Positions 40,189 through 53,276 of a stretch of 64,000 nucleotides of DNA are shown here, piece after piece. The position numbers and the translations under genes were made by a program. Below the pieces are notes generated by a model. It ran no database searches. It was not told where the DNA came from and saw nothing but the letters and a program-made list of their open reading frames with translations. Source of the stretch: Eledone cirrhosa (lineage: Eukaryota); assembly GCA_964016885.1 (NCBI GenBank), contig OZ024741.1, positions 269,886,001-269,950,000 of the forward strand, read 5' to 3'. Position 1 is the stretch's first letter. Each line of letters opens with the position of its first letter.

Positions 40189-43100
40189 AACATCCTAGAT
40201 GCACGTTGGGACTATGCAGGAGCATGTCCTAATAGAGGGGGGTGTAACAGCCTCAAGGGGTTACTTGACCGTTTTAACTTGGTTGATAGATATCGACTAG
40301 ATTTTCCAACTGTGCCAACCTGGACTTGGACGAGCCATAGTGGTCAATCTAGATCGTACTTAGATAGATTCTTAGTTAGAAGTAAGGATAGGGACATATT
40401 AAGCTGTCTAGAAATGCTCACGGTTGGCTATACAGATGACAAATTAGTGACCTGCGTAGTCAACCTCGAGAGAACACATAGACAGGGTCCCGGTTACTGG
40501 AAACTTAATTTGTCTTTACCGGCAAAAGAGGCTTACAGAGACCGGATTAGCAGATTAGTTAAGGAGAGGTTGACGAGTGCAATCGTCAACAACCGATGGT
40601 GGGCATCTCTCAAAAGAGAGATTAGAACAGAATCAATAAGTTATAGCAAGATGTTAGCTGCCGATAGTAATAGGAACGAGGAAGAATTAACAGGTAAATT
40701 AGAAGAGGCAATCAAGAGCGAAGATGTGGCCAGAGTGCTGGCATCGAGGACGGCCTTGAGCCAGTTTTTCGATGCAAAGCACGAAGGCTGCGTCATTCGA
40801 AGTAAAATACGTGCTCTAGGTAATGAGGGGGCCAAAGCCGTTGGCTGGGCCCGCGTGACAAAAGCTAAGAGTGGAAATCGATCCACCATCCGGTCTTTGC
40901 AAGACGAGGATGGACGGGTGATCCGGGAGCCTAAGCAGGTGTGCGAGGCCTTTCAAAGGCACTTTGCCCGATTGTTCGGGGGAGGGGAGGGTCCGGGCGG
41001 GGACGTGGATTTCGGTCCATACCTCGACGGTCTGCCGCGTCTCTCGAGCGAAGAGGCGGAGTCCTGCGAGGGACCAATCTCGGCTGATGAGATCGGGGAT
41101 GCGCTGAGCCAATGCAGCAGACGCAAATCTCCAGGTCTCGATGGTATACCTTACGAACTTTATTTAGCAATGCCGGTCTTCTTCTCCTAACTCCTCGAAG
41201 CAGTCTACTGCAATTGGCAGCAGAACGGGAGAATTCCTTGTTCTGTAGCCAAGGGCGTAGTCTCGCTGGTGAGGAAGGACGAAAACAAGGGGGATAGTAT
41301 AAATAATTTTCGGCCCATAACCCTGCTAAACACAGAGTTAAAGATTTTGGCCAAGGTGTTAGCAAAGAGGTTGGCGCTTGTCGTGGGTAGCCTTGTGGGA
41401 GATGCGCAGACATATGCTATCCCATCCAGGTCCATTCACGACAACCTCCACCTCATGCGATACATAATAGAGAGGGTTGGCAACAAACCCGGCTTCGGTG
41501 GGGCCCTGTCAACTTGGATCAGTCTAAGGCGATCGATAGGGTCGACCATGGTTACCTGGATGCGGTGCTAGCGACGGCTGGGTTCGGTCCTGTTTTCAGA
41601 GGCTGGATCACTGCCTTACATAGCAACCACATCTGTTCTAGGATCAAGGTGAACGGCTACATTTCGAAGCCGTTCGAAATCACACGATCCATTCGACAGG
41701 GGTGCCCTCTCTCCTCCCTTCTGTACGTATTGACTCTCGAGCCTTTACTGAGGAAGTTGGAGTTGTTGCAGGGTATCCCCCTGGAACCAGGATTGAGCAA
41801 AGCGGTGTCGGCCTACGCCGATGACGTAACAGTAATGGTATCGACCGACTCGGAGATCGAGGCGATCGGTACCTTACTGGAGGAATACGAAAGGTTGTCA
41901 GGAGCGAAACTGAACCGGGAAAAATCCATCGGTCTGCAACTCGGAACGTGGAGAGGCAGACCGATGCCTCCCGACGGTGTCGTCGGACACTGGACGGAGG
42001 GCTCGGTGAAGTTGCTTGGGGTCTGGTTTGGACCGGACCTCCAGGTGGAAAAGAACTAGGGCGAGGTTACGAGCAAGGTATTTGCACTGACCCAGAAATG
42101 TGCCAAGTGTAAGCTGTCCCTGAAAGGTCGAGCGGAGGTGGCGAACATTTACATAGCGTACGTCACCTACTACCGCCTGACTGTCGTGCCTTGCCCTAAG
42201 GAAACACTCACCACCATGGAACGCATGCTCTTTCAATTTCTTTGGAAGAAGCGCCCTCCTATGGTGAGAAGATCCATCTGCTGCCAACAACCTTCGAAAG
42301 GAGGGCTGGGGATGCCGTGGTTGATGATGCGTAGGCACGCATTAAGGCTACGGCACCTACAGGTATTCCTCACTGGTCAACCGGTGTGGGCTCCGTTCAT
42401 GAGACGAGCCTTTCCGAGACTCGTCTCGCTCACCGAGCTGCAGTCCTGGGTCAAGCAAAGATCCGGAAAACTGGGCGACTGGCACACTGAGTGTGCCCAG
42501 GCGCTCAGGGCTCTCTGGCAAGCGGACCCGGCCATCGGTGGAGAATCCACCTCGTCATTCTATAGAGGGCTGGTGGCTAGCAGGGGCGATGACACCCTTG
42601 GAGACTCGCTGGACATGGAAAAGGACGAACTGGCCAGCCTGTTCGGTAGGACTTTCGGCCCGGGACCAATGGACAACTTCCACAAGTCACTGGCCTGGCA
42701 GTGCTACCGGGGGGCTCTACCCGTTCGAGAAAAGCTCTACAGACACGGGCGCCCGGGCAGGGATCCCTCGAAAAAGATTTGCCCTAGATGCGTGCATCAC
42801 GAAGAAACCGTTGCGCACGCATTGGTGCACTGTCCGGGCGTGGCTGATCTGTGGGGCTACGCCTAACGACTGCTGTCGCGGGTGGCGCCGATTCGATTGA
42901 CCGCCGAGTTCGTGATAACAATCAAGCCGCCTCCCCTCTTCACAAAGGAAGCAAAGGCGGTTTTTCTGTGCGTAATAGCCATGTTGAAAGAGGTTGTTTG
43001 GTGGACACGATTGAAAGGTCTGAGGTCAGGCAACTTCCTCTCTGGCCATAGTCTGGTCTACTTCTTCTGATATCACTTCGGAAGAAGGATAAGAATGGAG

Positions 43101-43412
43101 AGGGAGGTGCTTGGCCACAGGCAGTTTTATGAAAGGTTGGTGATAGTGGCGAGAATGGCTCGTGTAAATGGGCCTTCTCTGTATACCATCCTGTTGGTAA
43201 AGAAGTGAAGGAGAGGGGAGCACCTTCTCCATGTGCTCCCCGGGAAAAGGATTGCACAATTTTCGGGGGTGTGTGCAACCCCCATCACGTCGCCTACCTT
43301 TTGAGGTTGTTTTTGATTATTTTCATTTTATACCCTTTTTACTCGGTTTTATGTAAACTCCCTCTTTGTATTTGCCCCTTCTTTTTATACCTTTATGGTA
43401 AATAAAGAAATA
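40189..43412 (+). mobile_element. 5'-truncated, degenerate Tx1-type LINE (ATCT family)
   Basis: ORF2 homology from mid-APE to the C-terminus in pieces (40141-41190, 41269-41571, 41514-42059, 42138-42866, 42882-43070) with stops and frameshifts. 3' UTR with AATAAA. Confidence 0.9.
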
Positions 43413-43423
43413 AATCTATGTAT

Positions 43424-43454
<31 letters not shown>

Positions 43455-43662
43455 CTATCTTGATAGAGTAAGACACGCTTCATATCGGTTCCGCTATTCC
43501 ATCGGGATTTACCCTTACTATAGTAAGTACCGGATAAATTTTTCAGTGCAACACATTTGGAACACTAACCCCTGTTATTTAGGGAAACATTTTTGCATTT
43601 ACCCCCTTTTTAGGGGGTAAAATAAATATCTATTTTTGCCGAAAAATTTCTTTCTTGGCAGC

Positions 43663-44898
43663 ATGGCGGAAAAGATGGCAGACATGTCTGCCATTAGCTC
43701 TGCCACGCCCCCCAAGTCTGAAGAACAAAAAATAATTACAACAAAATTAGACAACGAAACAAACAAGGAAAATGAAAAAACAAATGTTAAGGAAAATGAG
43801 CAAACGGAAAACAAACAAACAGAAAATAATACAAATAACAACAGGGCAACTTTCGCCCAGAAAACAAAACAATCCATTACATACACACCAATTGACTTAA
43901 CTGCCGCCAGAGAAAAACTGGCCGAAGCGAAAAAACAAATAGTCTTGGGGGAGAACGGAATGTTTTCCATTAACTCCCCCCCAGAATTCAAGAAAGCCAG
44001 AACAGAGAGCACAGTTCTCTTCAGAACTATACTGAACCAGACAAGAAAGCCAGCACAGCCCAGCCAAATGGAAATAGAGTTGGTCCTAAAAGACTATATG
44101 AAGAATATTCTCTTCATACGAAAGGACCGACTCTATGGCAGCATTTCGGTCCTAACAAAAGACAAGGAAACGGCGGAGAAGCTTTCCCTAAGCCCACTCT
44201 CATCGACAACATACAGCTTCTATCCCTCCTACATGGGTAGAAGAACACAGAGAGTAAAAGTAAAAACAATGCTGCCCACAATGGACTTCTGGTGGGCTAT
44301 TGCTGGCTTCATAGACATGGGCGAAAACACAATGCTGTCAATGGGGAAGGCAACTGGAGATGCGTTCCTGGGAATGGGCCTCGACATACTAGTCCAAATG
44401 AGGCCCGAAAGAATAGCACAAATCCCGGATCGCATCTGGCTGGATGACCTTACCCCAATAGATATAATTGTAGAGGGGAGAAGACCAGCATGCTATTTAT
44501 GCATGGAAAGGGGACACGTTAAGGCTAACTGCCCGAAACGTATCCCCCAAAAAGGACTATTGCCCACACCCACCACAAACAGTACACCAACACCACCCAC
44601 CTCCAAAAATACACTAATACCACACACAGCAAACAAAATACAGACACCACCAACCACAAACACAACACAAACATCACCACCACCAGCACCAAACACAAGC
44701 ACGACACAAAAATCACCACCACCAACCACAACACAAACATCACCACCACCATCACCAACCACAAGCACGACACAAACATTACCACCACCACCACAAAACC
44801 CATTCCAAACAAATAATTTAAAAAACAGTAACAAATCTACCCCTCCCGCAAAAGGGTTAGGAGTAAGGATAGGGACGTATTTAGTTGTCCAGAATTGA
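43663..44898 (+). CDS. LINE ORF1 (CCHC knuckle), C-terminus truncated by the deletion at ~44855
   Basis: IVEGRRPACYLCMERGHVKANC, homologous to the 27167 ORF1. First ATG at 43663. Confidence 0.75.
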   Translation: MAEKMADMSAISSATPPKSEEQKIITTKLDNETNKENEKTNVKENEQTENKQTENNTNNNRATFAQKTKQSITYTPIDLTAAREKLAEAKKQIVLGENGMFSINSPPEFKKARTESTVLFRTILNQTRKPAQPSQMEIELVLKDYMKNILFIRKDRLYGSISVLTKDKETAEKLSLSPLSSTTYSFYPSYMGRRTQRVKVKTMLPTMDFWWAIAGFIDMGENTMLSMGKATGDAFLGMGLDILVQMRPERIAQIPDRIWLDDLTPIDIIVEGRRPACYLCMERGHVKANCPKRIPQKGLLPTPTTNSTPTPPTSKNTLIPHTANKIQTPPTTNTTQTSPPPAPNTSTTQKSPPPTTTQTSPPPSPTTSTTQTLPPPPQNPFQTNNLKNSNKSTPPAKGLGVRIGTYLVVQN

Positions 44899-47679
44899 TC
44901 GTGGTTGGCTATTCAGATCACAAATTAGTGACCTGCGTGGTCAACCTTGATAGAACGCATAGACAGGGTCCCGGTTACTGGAAGATGAACTTGTCCTTGC
45001 CGGCAAAGAAAGATTACAGGAACCGGATTAGTAGCTTAGTTAAGATGCGGTTGACGCGAGCGATCGTCAACAGTAGGTGGTGGATATCTCTAAAGAGAGA
45101 GATTAGAGTAAGTTCGATAGGTTACAGTAAGGAACTAGCGGCGAATAGAAATAGGAAGGAAAGGGAGTTAACAGATAAACTAGAAGAGGCGATTAGGAGC
45201 GGAGACGTAGCCAGAGGGTTAGCGGCGAGAACGGCGTTGAGCCAGTTCTTTGACGCGAAGCACGAAGGCTGCGTTGTCCGAAGTAAAATACGTGCTTTAG
45301 GAAACGAGGGGACCAAAGCTGTTAGCTGGGCCCGCGTGACAGAAGCCAAGAGTGGGATTAAATCCACCATTCGGTCTTTGCGAGACCAGGATGGACGGGT
45401 GATCCTTGAACCTGAGCGGATGTGCGAGGCCTTTCAAATGCACTTTGCTCGACTGTTCGGAGGGGGCGGGGGGCCGGACGGGGATGTGGACTTCGGTCCA
45501 TACCTCGACGGTCTACCGCGTCTTTCGAGCGGCGAAGCGGAGTGCTGCGAAAGGCCAATCACAGCCACTGAAATCGGGGAAGCGCTCAGCCAATGCAGCA
45601 GACGCAAATCCCCGGGTCTCGATGGTCTAACATACGAACTTTATTTAGCTATGCCGGTCTTGTTCTCCGAACTCCTCGAGGCTGTCTATTGCAACTGGCA
45701 ACAGAACGGGAGAATTCCCTGTTCTGTGACCAAGGGCGTGGTCACGCTAGTGGGGAAGGACGAGAGCAAGGGGGACCACTTAAGTAACTTTAGGCCCATA
45801 ACTCTGCTGAATGCAGAGTTACAGATTTTAGCCAAGGTGTTGGCGAAGAGGTTGGCGCTTGTGGTGGGTGGTTTGGTGGGAGACGCGCAGACATGCGCTA
45901 TCCCGTCCAGGTCCATTCACGACAACCTCTACCTCATGCGATACATCATAGAGAGGGTTGGCAACGAACCCGGCTTTGGTGGGGCCCTGATCAACTTGGA
46001 TCAATCTAAGGCGTTCGATAGGGTCGACCATGGTTACCTGGATGCGGTGCTAGCGGCGGCGGGCTTCGGACCCGTTTTCAGGGGCTGGATTTCTGCCATG
46101 CACAGTGGCAACATCTTCTCTAGGATTAAAGTAAACGGCTACCTCTCGGAGCCGTTTCAAATCACCCGGTCCATCAGACAGGGGTGCCCCCTCTCCTCCC
46201 TTCTGTACGTATTGACTCTCGAGCCACTGCTGCGGAAGTTGGAGTTGCTGCGGGGCATACCCCTGGAACCGGGATTGCACAAAGCGGTCTCGGCCTATGC
46301 CGACGACGTAACAGTAATGGTGGCGGACGCCTCGGAAATCGGGGCGATCGCCACCCTACTGGAGGAATACGAAAGGCTGACGGGGGCTAGACTGAACCAG
46401 GACAATTCAGTCGGTTTGCAACTCGGAACGTGGAGGGACAAACCGATGCCGTTAGACGGTGTCGTCGGAGGGCCCGGTGAAGGGCCCGGTGAAGCTGCTC
46501 GGGGTCTGGTTCGGACCGGACCTCCAGGTGGAGAAGAATTGGGGCGAGGTGACGAGCAGGGTGTTTGCACTGACCCAGAAGTGGGCCAAGTGCAAACTAT
46601 CACTGAAAGGTCGGGCGAAGGTGACGAACGCTTACATAGCGTCCGTCATCTACTACCGCCTGATCGTCGTGCCTTGCCCCAAGGAAAAGCTCACCATCAT
46701 GGAACGCATGCTCTTCCAGTTCCTCTGGAAGAAGCGGCCTCCCATTGTGAGGAGATCCATCTGCTGCCAGCACCCTTCGAAAGGAGGGCTGGGTATGCCG
46801 TGGCTGTTGATGCGTAGGCACGCATTGAGGCTACGGCATCTACAGGTATTCCTCAACGGTCAGCCGGTGTGGGCCCCGTTTGTGAGGCGAGCCTTCCCAC
46901 AGCTCGTCTCGCTCACCGAACTGCAATCTTGGGTGAAGCAAAGACCGAGAAAACTGGGCAACTGGCACGCCGAGTGTTCCCAGGCGCTCACGGCTATCTG
47001 GCAAGCGGACCCGACTATCAGTGGAGAATCCACCTCGACATTCTATAGAGGGTTGGTGGCTAGCAAGGGCGACGACACCCTTGGAGAGTCGCTAGGCATG
47101 GAGGAGGACGAACTGGCCAGCCTGTTCGGTAGAACTTTCAGCCCGGGACCCATGGACAACTTCCAGAGGTCCCTAGCCTGGCAGTGTTACCGGGGGGCTC
47201 TGCCCGTTCGAGAAAAGCTCTACAGACACGGGCGCCCGGGCAGGGATCCCGCGAAAAAGATCTGTCCCAGATGCGTGCGCGACGAGGAAACCGTTGCGCA
47301 TGCACTGGTACACTGCCCGGGCGTTGCCGATCTGTGGGGCTACGTCGAACGACTGCTGTCGCGTGTGGCGCCGATTCGATTAACCGCCGAGTCTGTGGTG
47401 AACATCAAGCCGCCTCCTCCCTTCAGAAATGAAGCAGAGGCGGTCTTTCTGTGCGTAATAGCCATGATGAAAGAGGTTGTGTGGTGGACGCGCCTGAAAG
47501 GTCTGAGGTCGGGTGACTTTCTCTCCGGCCATCACCTGGTTTACTTCTTCCGATACCACTTCGGAAGAAGGATCAGGATGGAGAGAGAAGTGCTTGGCCC
47601 CAGACAGTTTTATGAAAGGTGGGTGAAAGAAGCGAGAATGGCCCGTGTAAATGGGCCTTCTCTCTACATTGTTCTGTAG
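44856..47679 (+). pseudogene. LINE ORF2 remnant (APE tail + RT + finger), frameshift at ~46470-46493
   Basis: YSDHKLV, FRPITLLN, RQGCPLS, AYADD. A duplicated gggcccggtgaa marks the frame change. Confidence 0.85.
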
Positions 47680-47910
47680 GTGAAGAAGTGAAGAGGAAAG
47701 GGGGGAGCGCCTCCTCTCTGGGCTTCCCCCGCGAAAAGAGTTGCACACTTTTCGGGGGTATGTGCAATCCCCAACACGCCCCCTCCCTTTTGAGGACTTT
47801 TATTGTTATATTATTATTGTTATTCCTTTTTTCTTTACTCGATTTATGTAAACTCCCCCACTCTGTAAATGTCCCCTTCTTTTGTGCCCTCGTGGCAAAT
47901 AAATAGAAAT

Positions 47911-47947
<37 letters not shown>

Positions 47948-48257
47948 CATCTCTCCCTCTCTATCCCCTCTCTACCCTCTTACTCCCTCTCTCTCACTCT
48001 CCTCCTCCCTCCTTCACCCTCCCCCTCCTTCTCTCTCCGCTCCACGCCTCCACCCTCCCTCTCCCCCTCTCCATCTACCCTTTCACCCTCTCTCTCTCTC
48101 TCACTCTCCTCCTCCCTCTCCTCCCTCCCCTCTCTCCCACTTGTACTCTGCTGTTAATAGATTAATCTGTATTTTTTATTGATTTGTGGAGAAAATTTGA
48201 ATTAAGTCGAAAGATAAGACAAGAAAAAAAACAACCATAAAACCTAATCAATGTCAT

Positions 48258-49640
48258 ACATCACCACTACTACCACCACTATCACTACCATCACTACCAT
48301 TAACACCATCACTGCCACCACCTCCAACATCACTACCACCACCACCATCACCAACGCCAACACTATCACCACTACCACCACCACCATCACCAACACCAAC
48401 ACTATCACCACTACCACCACCACCATCACCAACACCATCAGTACCAACACCACTACCATCACCACCATCACCTCCATCATCGCCACTATCACCACTACCA
48501 CCACTACCATCACTACCACCACCACCATCACCACTACCATCACTACCATCACCACTACCATCACTACCATCACCAACACCATCAGTACCAGCATCACCTC
48601 TACCATCACTACCATCCCCACTACCATCCCCAACACCATTACTACCACTACCACCATCACCACCACTACCATCACCAACACCATCACTACCATCACCAAC
48701 ACCATCACCACCGCCACCACTACCATCACTACTACCACCAAACCACCACTACCACCAACACCATCACTACTATCACCACTACCATCACTACCATCACCAA
48801 CACCATCACTACCATCACCAACACCATCACTACCATCACCACTACCATCACTACCACCACCACTATCACCACTACCACCAACACCACCACTACCATCACC
48901 AACACCATCACTACCATCACCAACACCATCACTACCATCACCACTACCATCACTAACATCACCACTACCATCACTACCACCAACACCATCACCACCACCA
49001 TCACCAACACCATCGCTACCATCACTACCATCACCACTACCATCACTAACATCACCACTACCATCACTACCACCAACACCATCACCACCACCATCACCAA
49101 CACCATCGCTACCATCACTACCATCACCTCCAACATCACCACTACCACCACTACTACCACTACCACCACTACTACCACTACCACCACTACTACCACTACC
49201 ACCACTACCACCACTACCAACACTACCATCACTACCATCACTACTACCATCACTACCTTCACCCCCAACATCACCGCTACCATCACTGCCACCACTACCA
49301 CCACTTCCATCACTACCATCACTACCATCACTACCATCACCTCAAACACTACCATCAGCTCCAACACCACCGCTACCATCACCTCCAACACTACCATCCC
49401 CTCGAATACCAGCGCTACCATCCCTCCAACACCACCGCTACCATCCCCTCCAACATCACCTCTACCATCAACTCCAACACTACCATCAACTCCAACACTA
49501 CCATCAACTCCAACACTATCATCACCTCCAACACTACCATCACCTCCAACACCACCTCTACTATCAGCTGCAACGCTACCACTATCACTACCACCACCTC
49601 CAGCGCCACCATAATCACCACCCCCTCCGCCACCAACTAA
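48258..49640. repeat. Degenerate (ACC/ATC/ACT)n repeat
   Basis: Low complexity. Confidence 0.95.
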
Positions 49641-50489
49641 CACGATTGTAGTTTTACTTGTCTATCGGTCGTCAGTCGTCCTTCACCGTACGCTGTTTCA
49701 TACGCTCTACTTTTACAATGTTACTTTACTTTACTTTACTTTACTTTGTCCTTCTTCGTCATCATCAGTAGTAGTTGTCCACACATACATTGTTTCCTTA
49801 ATGTGGCGACTACAGATACGGCGATGGCGACTGCCTGCTTGACTGAAGACATCTGCCCTCCTGTGTAGTTTACAGCTTAAACACATTACAAATACTATGG
49901 GTTTTTTGTCGTACGCTGACGAGTTTTCATGATTTCATTATCTATCTTTTTTTTCTCTTTTCTTTATTTTTTTCAGTGTAAAGGAAAAGAAGCTTAGGTG
50001 TGGCTGTGTGGTTCAGAATTTTACATCTCGACTATTGGAGTTCAGGGTTCGATACTTCTGTACGGCACCTTGGCACAATGTCTACTCCCATAACCTTGGA
50101 GCGAAAGGAGGGAATTTAAATGACAGAAATTGTGCAGGTGACTTTCGATTTATGATCGATAGGACCCGTAAAATGTAGTCATTGTCTGCGTTTGGCATTG
50201 AGCAACGAAAGAGTTCAAAACGACGGAATAAATACTATGCCAGGAGGAGGGAGAGGGGGAGGGAGGACGAGGGGGACGAGAAGAAGAAGAAGAAGAAGAA
50301 GAAGAAGAAGAAGAAGAAGAAGAAGAAGAAGAAGAAGAAGAAGAAGAAGAAGAAGAAGAAGGTGGAGAAGGAGGAGGAGGAGGAGGAGGAGGAGGAGGAG
50401 GAGGCGAATTCAGACCCTGCCGATGTTTCTATTGGTATTTCTACTGTAGCTGTCGTTGTTGCTGTTTATTGTTGCTCCTGATGTTTCTC

Positions 50490-50538
<49 letters not shown>

Positions 50539-50889
50539 GGGTTCTGCTTGCTACTTGGCAGCTCACAGATGTATTAATGAAGACGTCGGTTACATCTTAC
50601 TACGTCTGTAGTCCCAGGAGGCAGCAATACTGAAGACCAATTTGTGAATTCTTGAAAGACTTCTGATATTGACAGATCTGGCATAGGAAGGTCTCTAGTT
50701 GAGTTTTATCGTCACTAACTTATTTCAATCTGTCTCCCAGCTATTTTTATATAACTAACTCGCTTTGAAAATAGATAATATAATTAAATGTATAATGCTT
50801 TTCAATAGCCTTCATCCCCGACCTTCATTCGGTGTGTTAAACTATCTAAATGCCAGCGATGCATACATAGTCCAATAACTCCCACAGGA

Positions 50890-51463
50890 GTCTTGGAGGT
50901 ACGGCATTGACATACGGCGTTTCTATGGAAAATATTTAGAATCTGGCAGAGCCCTATCTTCTCCAGGTTTGAATACAGCAGATTTCTTCCAGAGAAGAAA
51001 AGAGAACGAGAAAATAGAATTGATAAAGAGATATAGAGGAAGAATCAACCCCAGTACTTCACTGATACTTTATTTATTGACCTCGAATGGATGAAAGGCA
51101 ACGTTGACCTCATTGTATGCATGCATGGTCCCGTAACTCTTACAGAAGTGATAGGGACACCATATTAACATGTGGCCTTTCTACGGCGTTTTTTTTTTTA
51201 AACCTGGCAGAGCTCAATCCTCTCCAGGTCTGACCACAACAGATTTCTTCCAGAGAAGAATAGAGAGATTGATAGAATGGAAATGAGAAAGAGATAAAGA
51301 GGAAGAATCAGCCCCAGTACTTGACTGGTACTTTTTTTATCGACCTCAAATGGGTGACAGGCAAAATTGACGTCGACAGGATTTGAACTCAGAGAGCAGA
51401 GAACAGAAACGAATACCGCAAAGCATTCTATCCAACGTTCTAACGACTCTGCCAATTCGCCAC
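50890..51463 (-). mobile_element. Two tRNA-derived SINE copies
   Basis: Reverse complement of the SINE family with the long 3' part. Confidence 0.8.
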
Positions 51464-52009
51464 CTATATGATAACATAGAGTTAATCTACATACTATTAA
51501 AGTTATGCATCAGCATTTCTGTTTGTATGGACTGCGAATTCAACTAAAACCAGACATTGTAACGCAGAAAGGTTGCCTGTAATGTACCCTTAAACACAAG
51601 GGTTGTTTCTGTAAATAACTTCCAGTAAATTTCTGTACCCTGGAGTCTTAAAATCAAAGAATGTTGTTCCTTATTTTATCAACATCAAAAAATTATTTCC
51701 AAACATTAATTGGGGGGAGTTTATGAGTCATGTAAGAATGAGGGAATACAGGTGCAATAGACGTGTGTCTCTCGATAGAAGGTTTTAAAAGGAATAAAAA
51801 AGAAAAAGTAAATAGAGGTTGAAATAAAGGCATAAGGGAAGAGGGAGAGAGTGGCAATTAAAAATTAAAACGAAAGTTGGTGGTAGACAGAGAGAGAAAT
51901 GAAGTGTAAGAGTGACACCACGTGATGTATATATGTGTGCGCGTGAAAGTCAGGTGTGGGTTAATTTCCGTATGTAAAAAAAATGTATAATTAAAAATGA
52001 CCTCAACTT

Positions 52010-53040
52010 GAGGAAGAACTGAAAACCTGGGTTGTTGACAACACAGAAACTTTGAACTATGTCATATTACAAATATGAACGAGGTGCCACTGACTTTTGA
52101 TGTTCCCTTGACCAAGACTGAGGATGTTAAAGGTACCAAAACAGTAACTGTTAAAACGACTGGTCACGAAAAAAGACACTATACTGTAGTATTGACTTGT
52201 TGCACAGATGGCACGAAACTGCCGCCACTTCTAATAATTGTTTCTACTTTTGGCACAAGACCAGCAATTACCCAGTACATTACTGGTACTTTATTTTATC
52301 GACCCCGTCAGGATGAAAGGCAAAGTTAACCTCGGCGCTATTTGAACTCAGAATGGAGAGGCCCGTAACTCTATGCGTAAAAGCATGGCGTCCGACCTTC
52401 TACCGATACTGCCAATCCACCGCCCTCTAATAATTAAAAGAAAAACATTTCCAAAGTACACTTTTCCATCAGGAGTTGTTATTCATGTCCACTCCAAGTG
52501 GTGGATGGACGAAAATGGTGTTAAGTTATGGCTACATAAAGTATGGTCACGGTGTCATGGTGCTTTACTCAAAAGACCAATTTCGTGTACATACACCTGA
52601 GAATACAGTAAGTGGGGAAAAAAACTTAAACACTGAAATAGCTGTCATACCTGGTGAACTAACTTATCAGTTACAACCCCTTGATTTTTCACTAAACAAG
52701 CCTTTTAAGGCACACATGAGAGAGGAATAGGATAATTGGATGAAGGACCCGCAACGTGAACTGACATCGACAGGACGTTTGAAGAGGCCTATATTTTTCC
52801 ATGTAACTCAGTGCGTGAAGAACTCGTGGGGTGCTGTGAAAACAGAGACAGTTATAAAAGCTTTTTAAAAAATGAGGCATCGGCAACATCCTAGATGGCA
52901 CAGAAGATGATTTTCTCTATAATGATAGCGACACTAGTGATTCTGAAAACAGCGATGTCCCTGAGGAATCTGAGGAAGATGATGAATTTCAGGAACTAAA
53001 CGAAGGTGACAACCATGAAATAGATGAGGTTGACAGTAGT
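52010..53040 (+). pseudogene. pogo/Tigger-like DDE transposase relic
   Basis: MNEVPLTFD..TTGHEKRHYTVVLTCCTDGTKLPPLLI / KRKTFP..WMDE..WLHKVW / DQFRVH..IPGELTYQLQPLDFSLNKPFK. Interrupted by a SINE, stops and frameshifts. Confidence 0.85.
52240..52425 (-). mobile_element. tRNA-derived SINE inserted in the transposase with a 10-bp TSD
   Basis: tctaataatt at 52230-52239 and 52426-52435. Confidence 0.85.
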
Positions 53041-53042
53041 TA

Positions 53043-53235
53043 TCCATACATATATATATAACTGAAATTGTCTGTGTGTGTGTGTCCTAATTTTTGCAAA
53101 GTCTATACAAATCCACATTTCTACTCCGATTGACTTTAAACTTGCATTTATATATTCCTTGCGGTCTAAAGATATTAACTGCAGCTTTTATTTTTCAATT
53201 TTCTATTGTTAAAGGCGTGTTAGGCGCCGGTTAGC

Positions 53236-53276
<41 letters not shown>

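Larger units (their letters stand above)
43461..47910 (+). mobile_element. Tx1-type LINE (ATCT family) with 5' end and an internal deletion
   Basis: 5' UTR, ORF1, ORF2 lacking most of the APE domain, 3' UTR. (ATCT)n on both sides. Confidence 0.9.

Noticed and set aside
50626-50670. AATA-CTGAAGA..GAAA-GACTTC-TG-ATATT
   Set aside because: Poor stem II, a G at the cleavage position and an offset stem I. Could be chance.
49640-50700. Possible host 5' UTR or poly-Q exon near (CAG)n and (AAG)n
   Set aside because: Frames close quickly and there is no recognisable protein.
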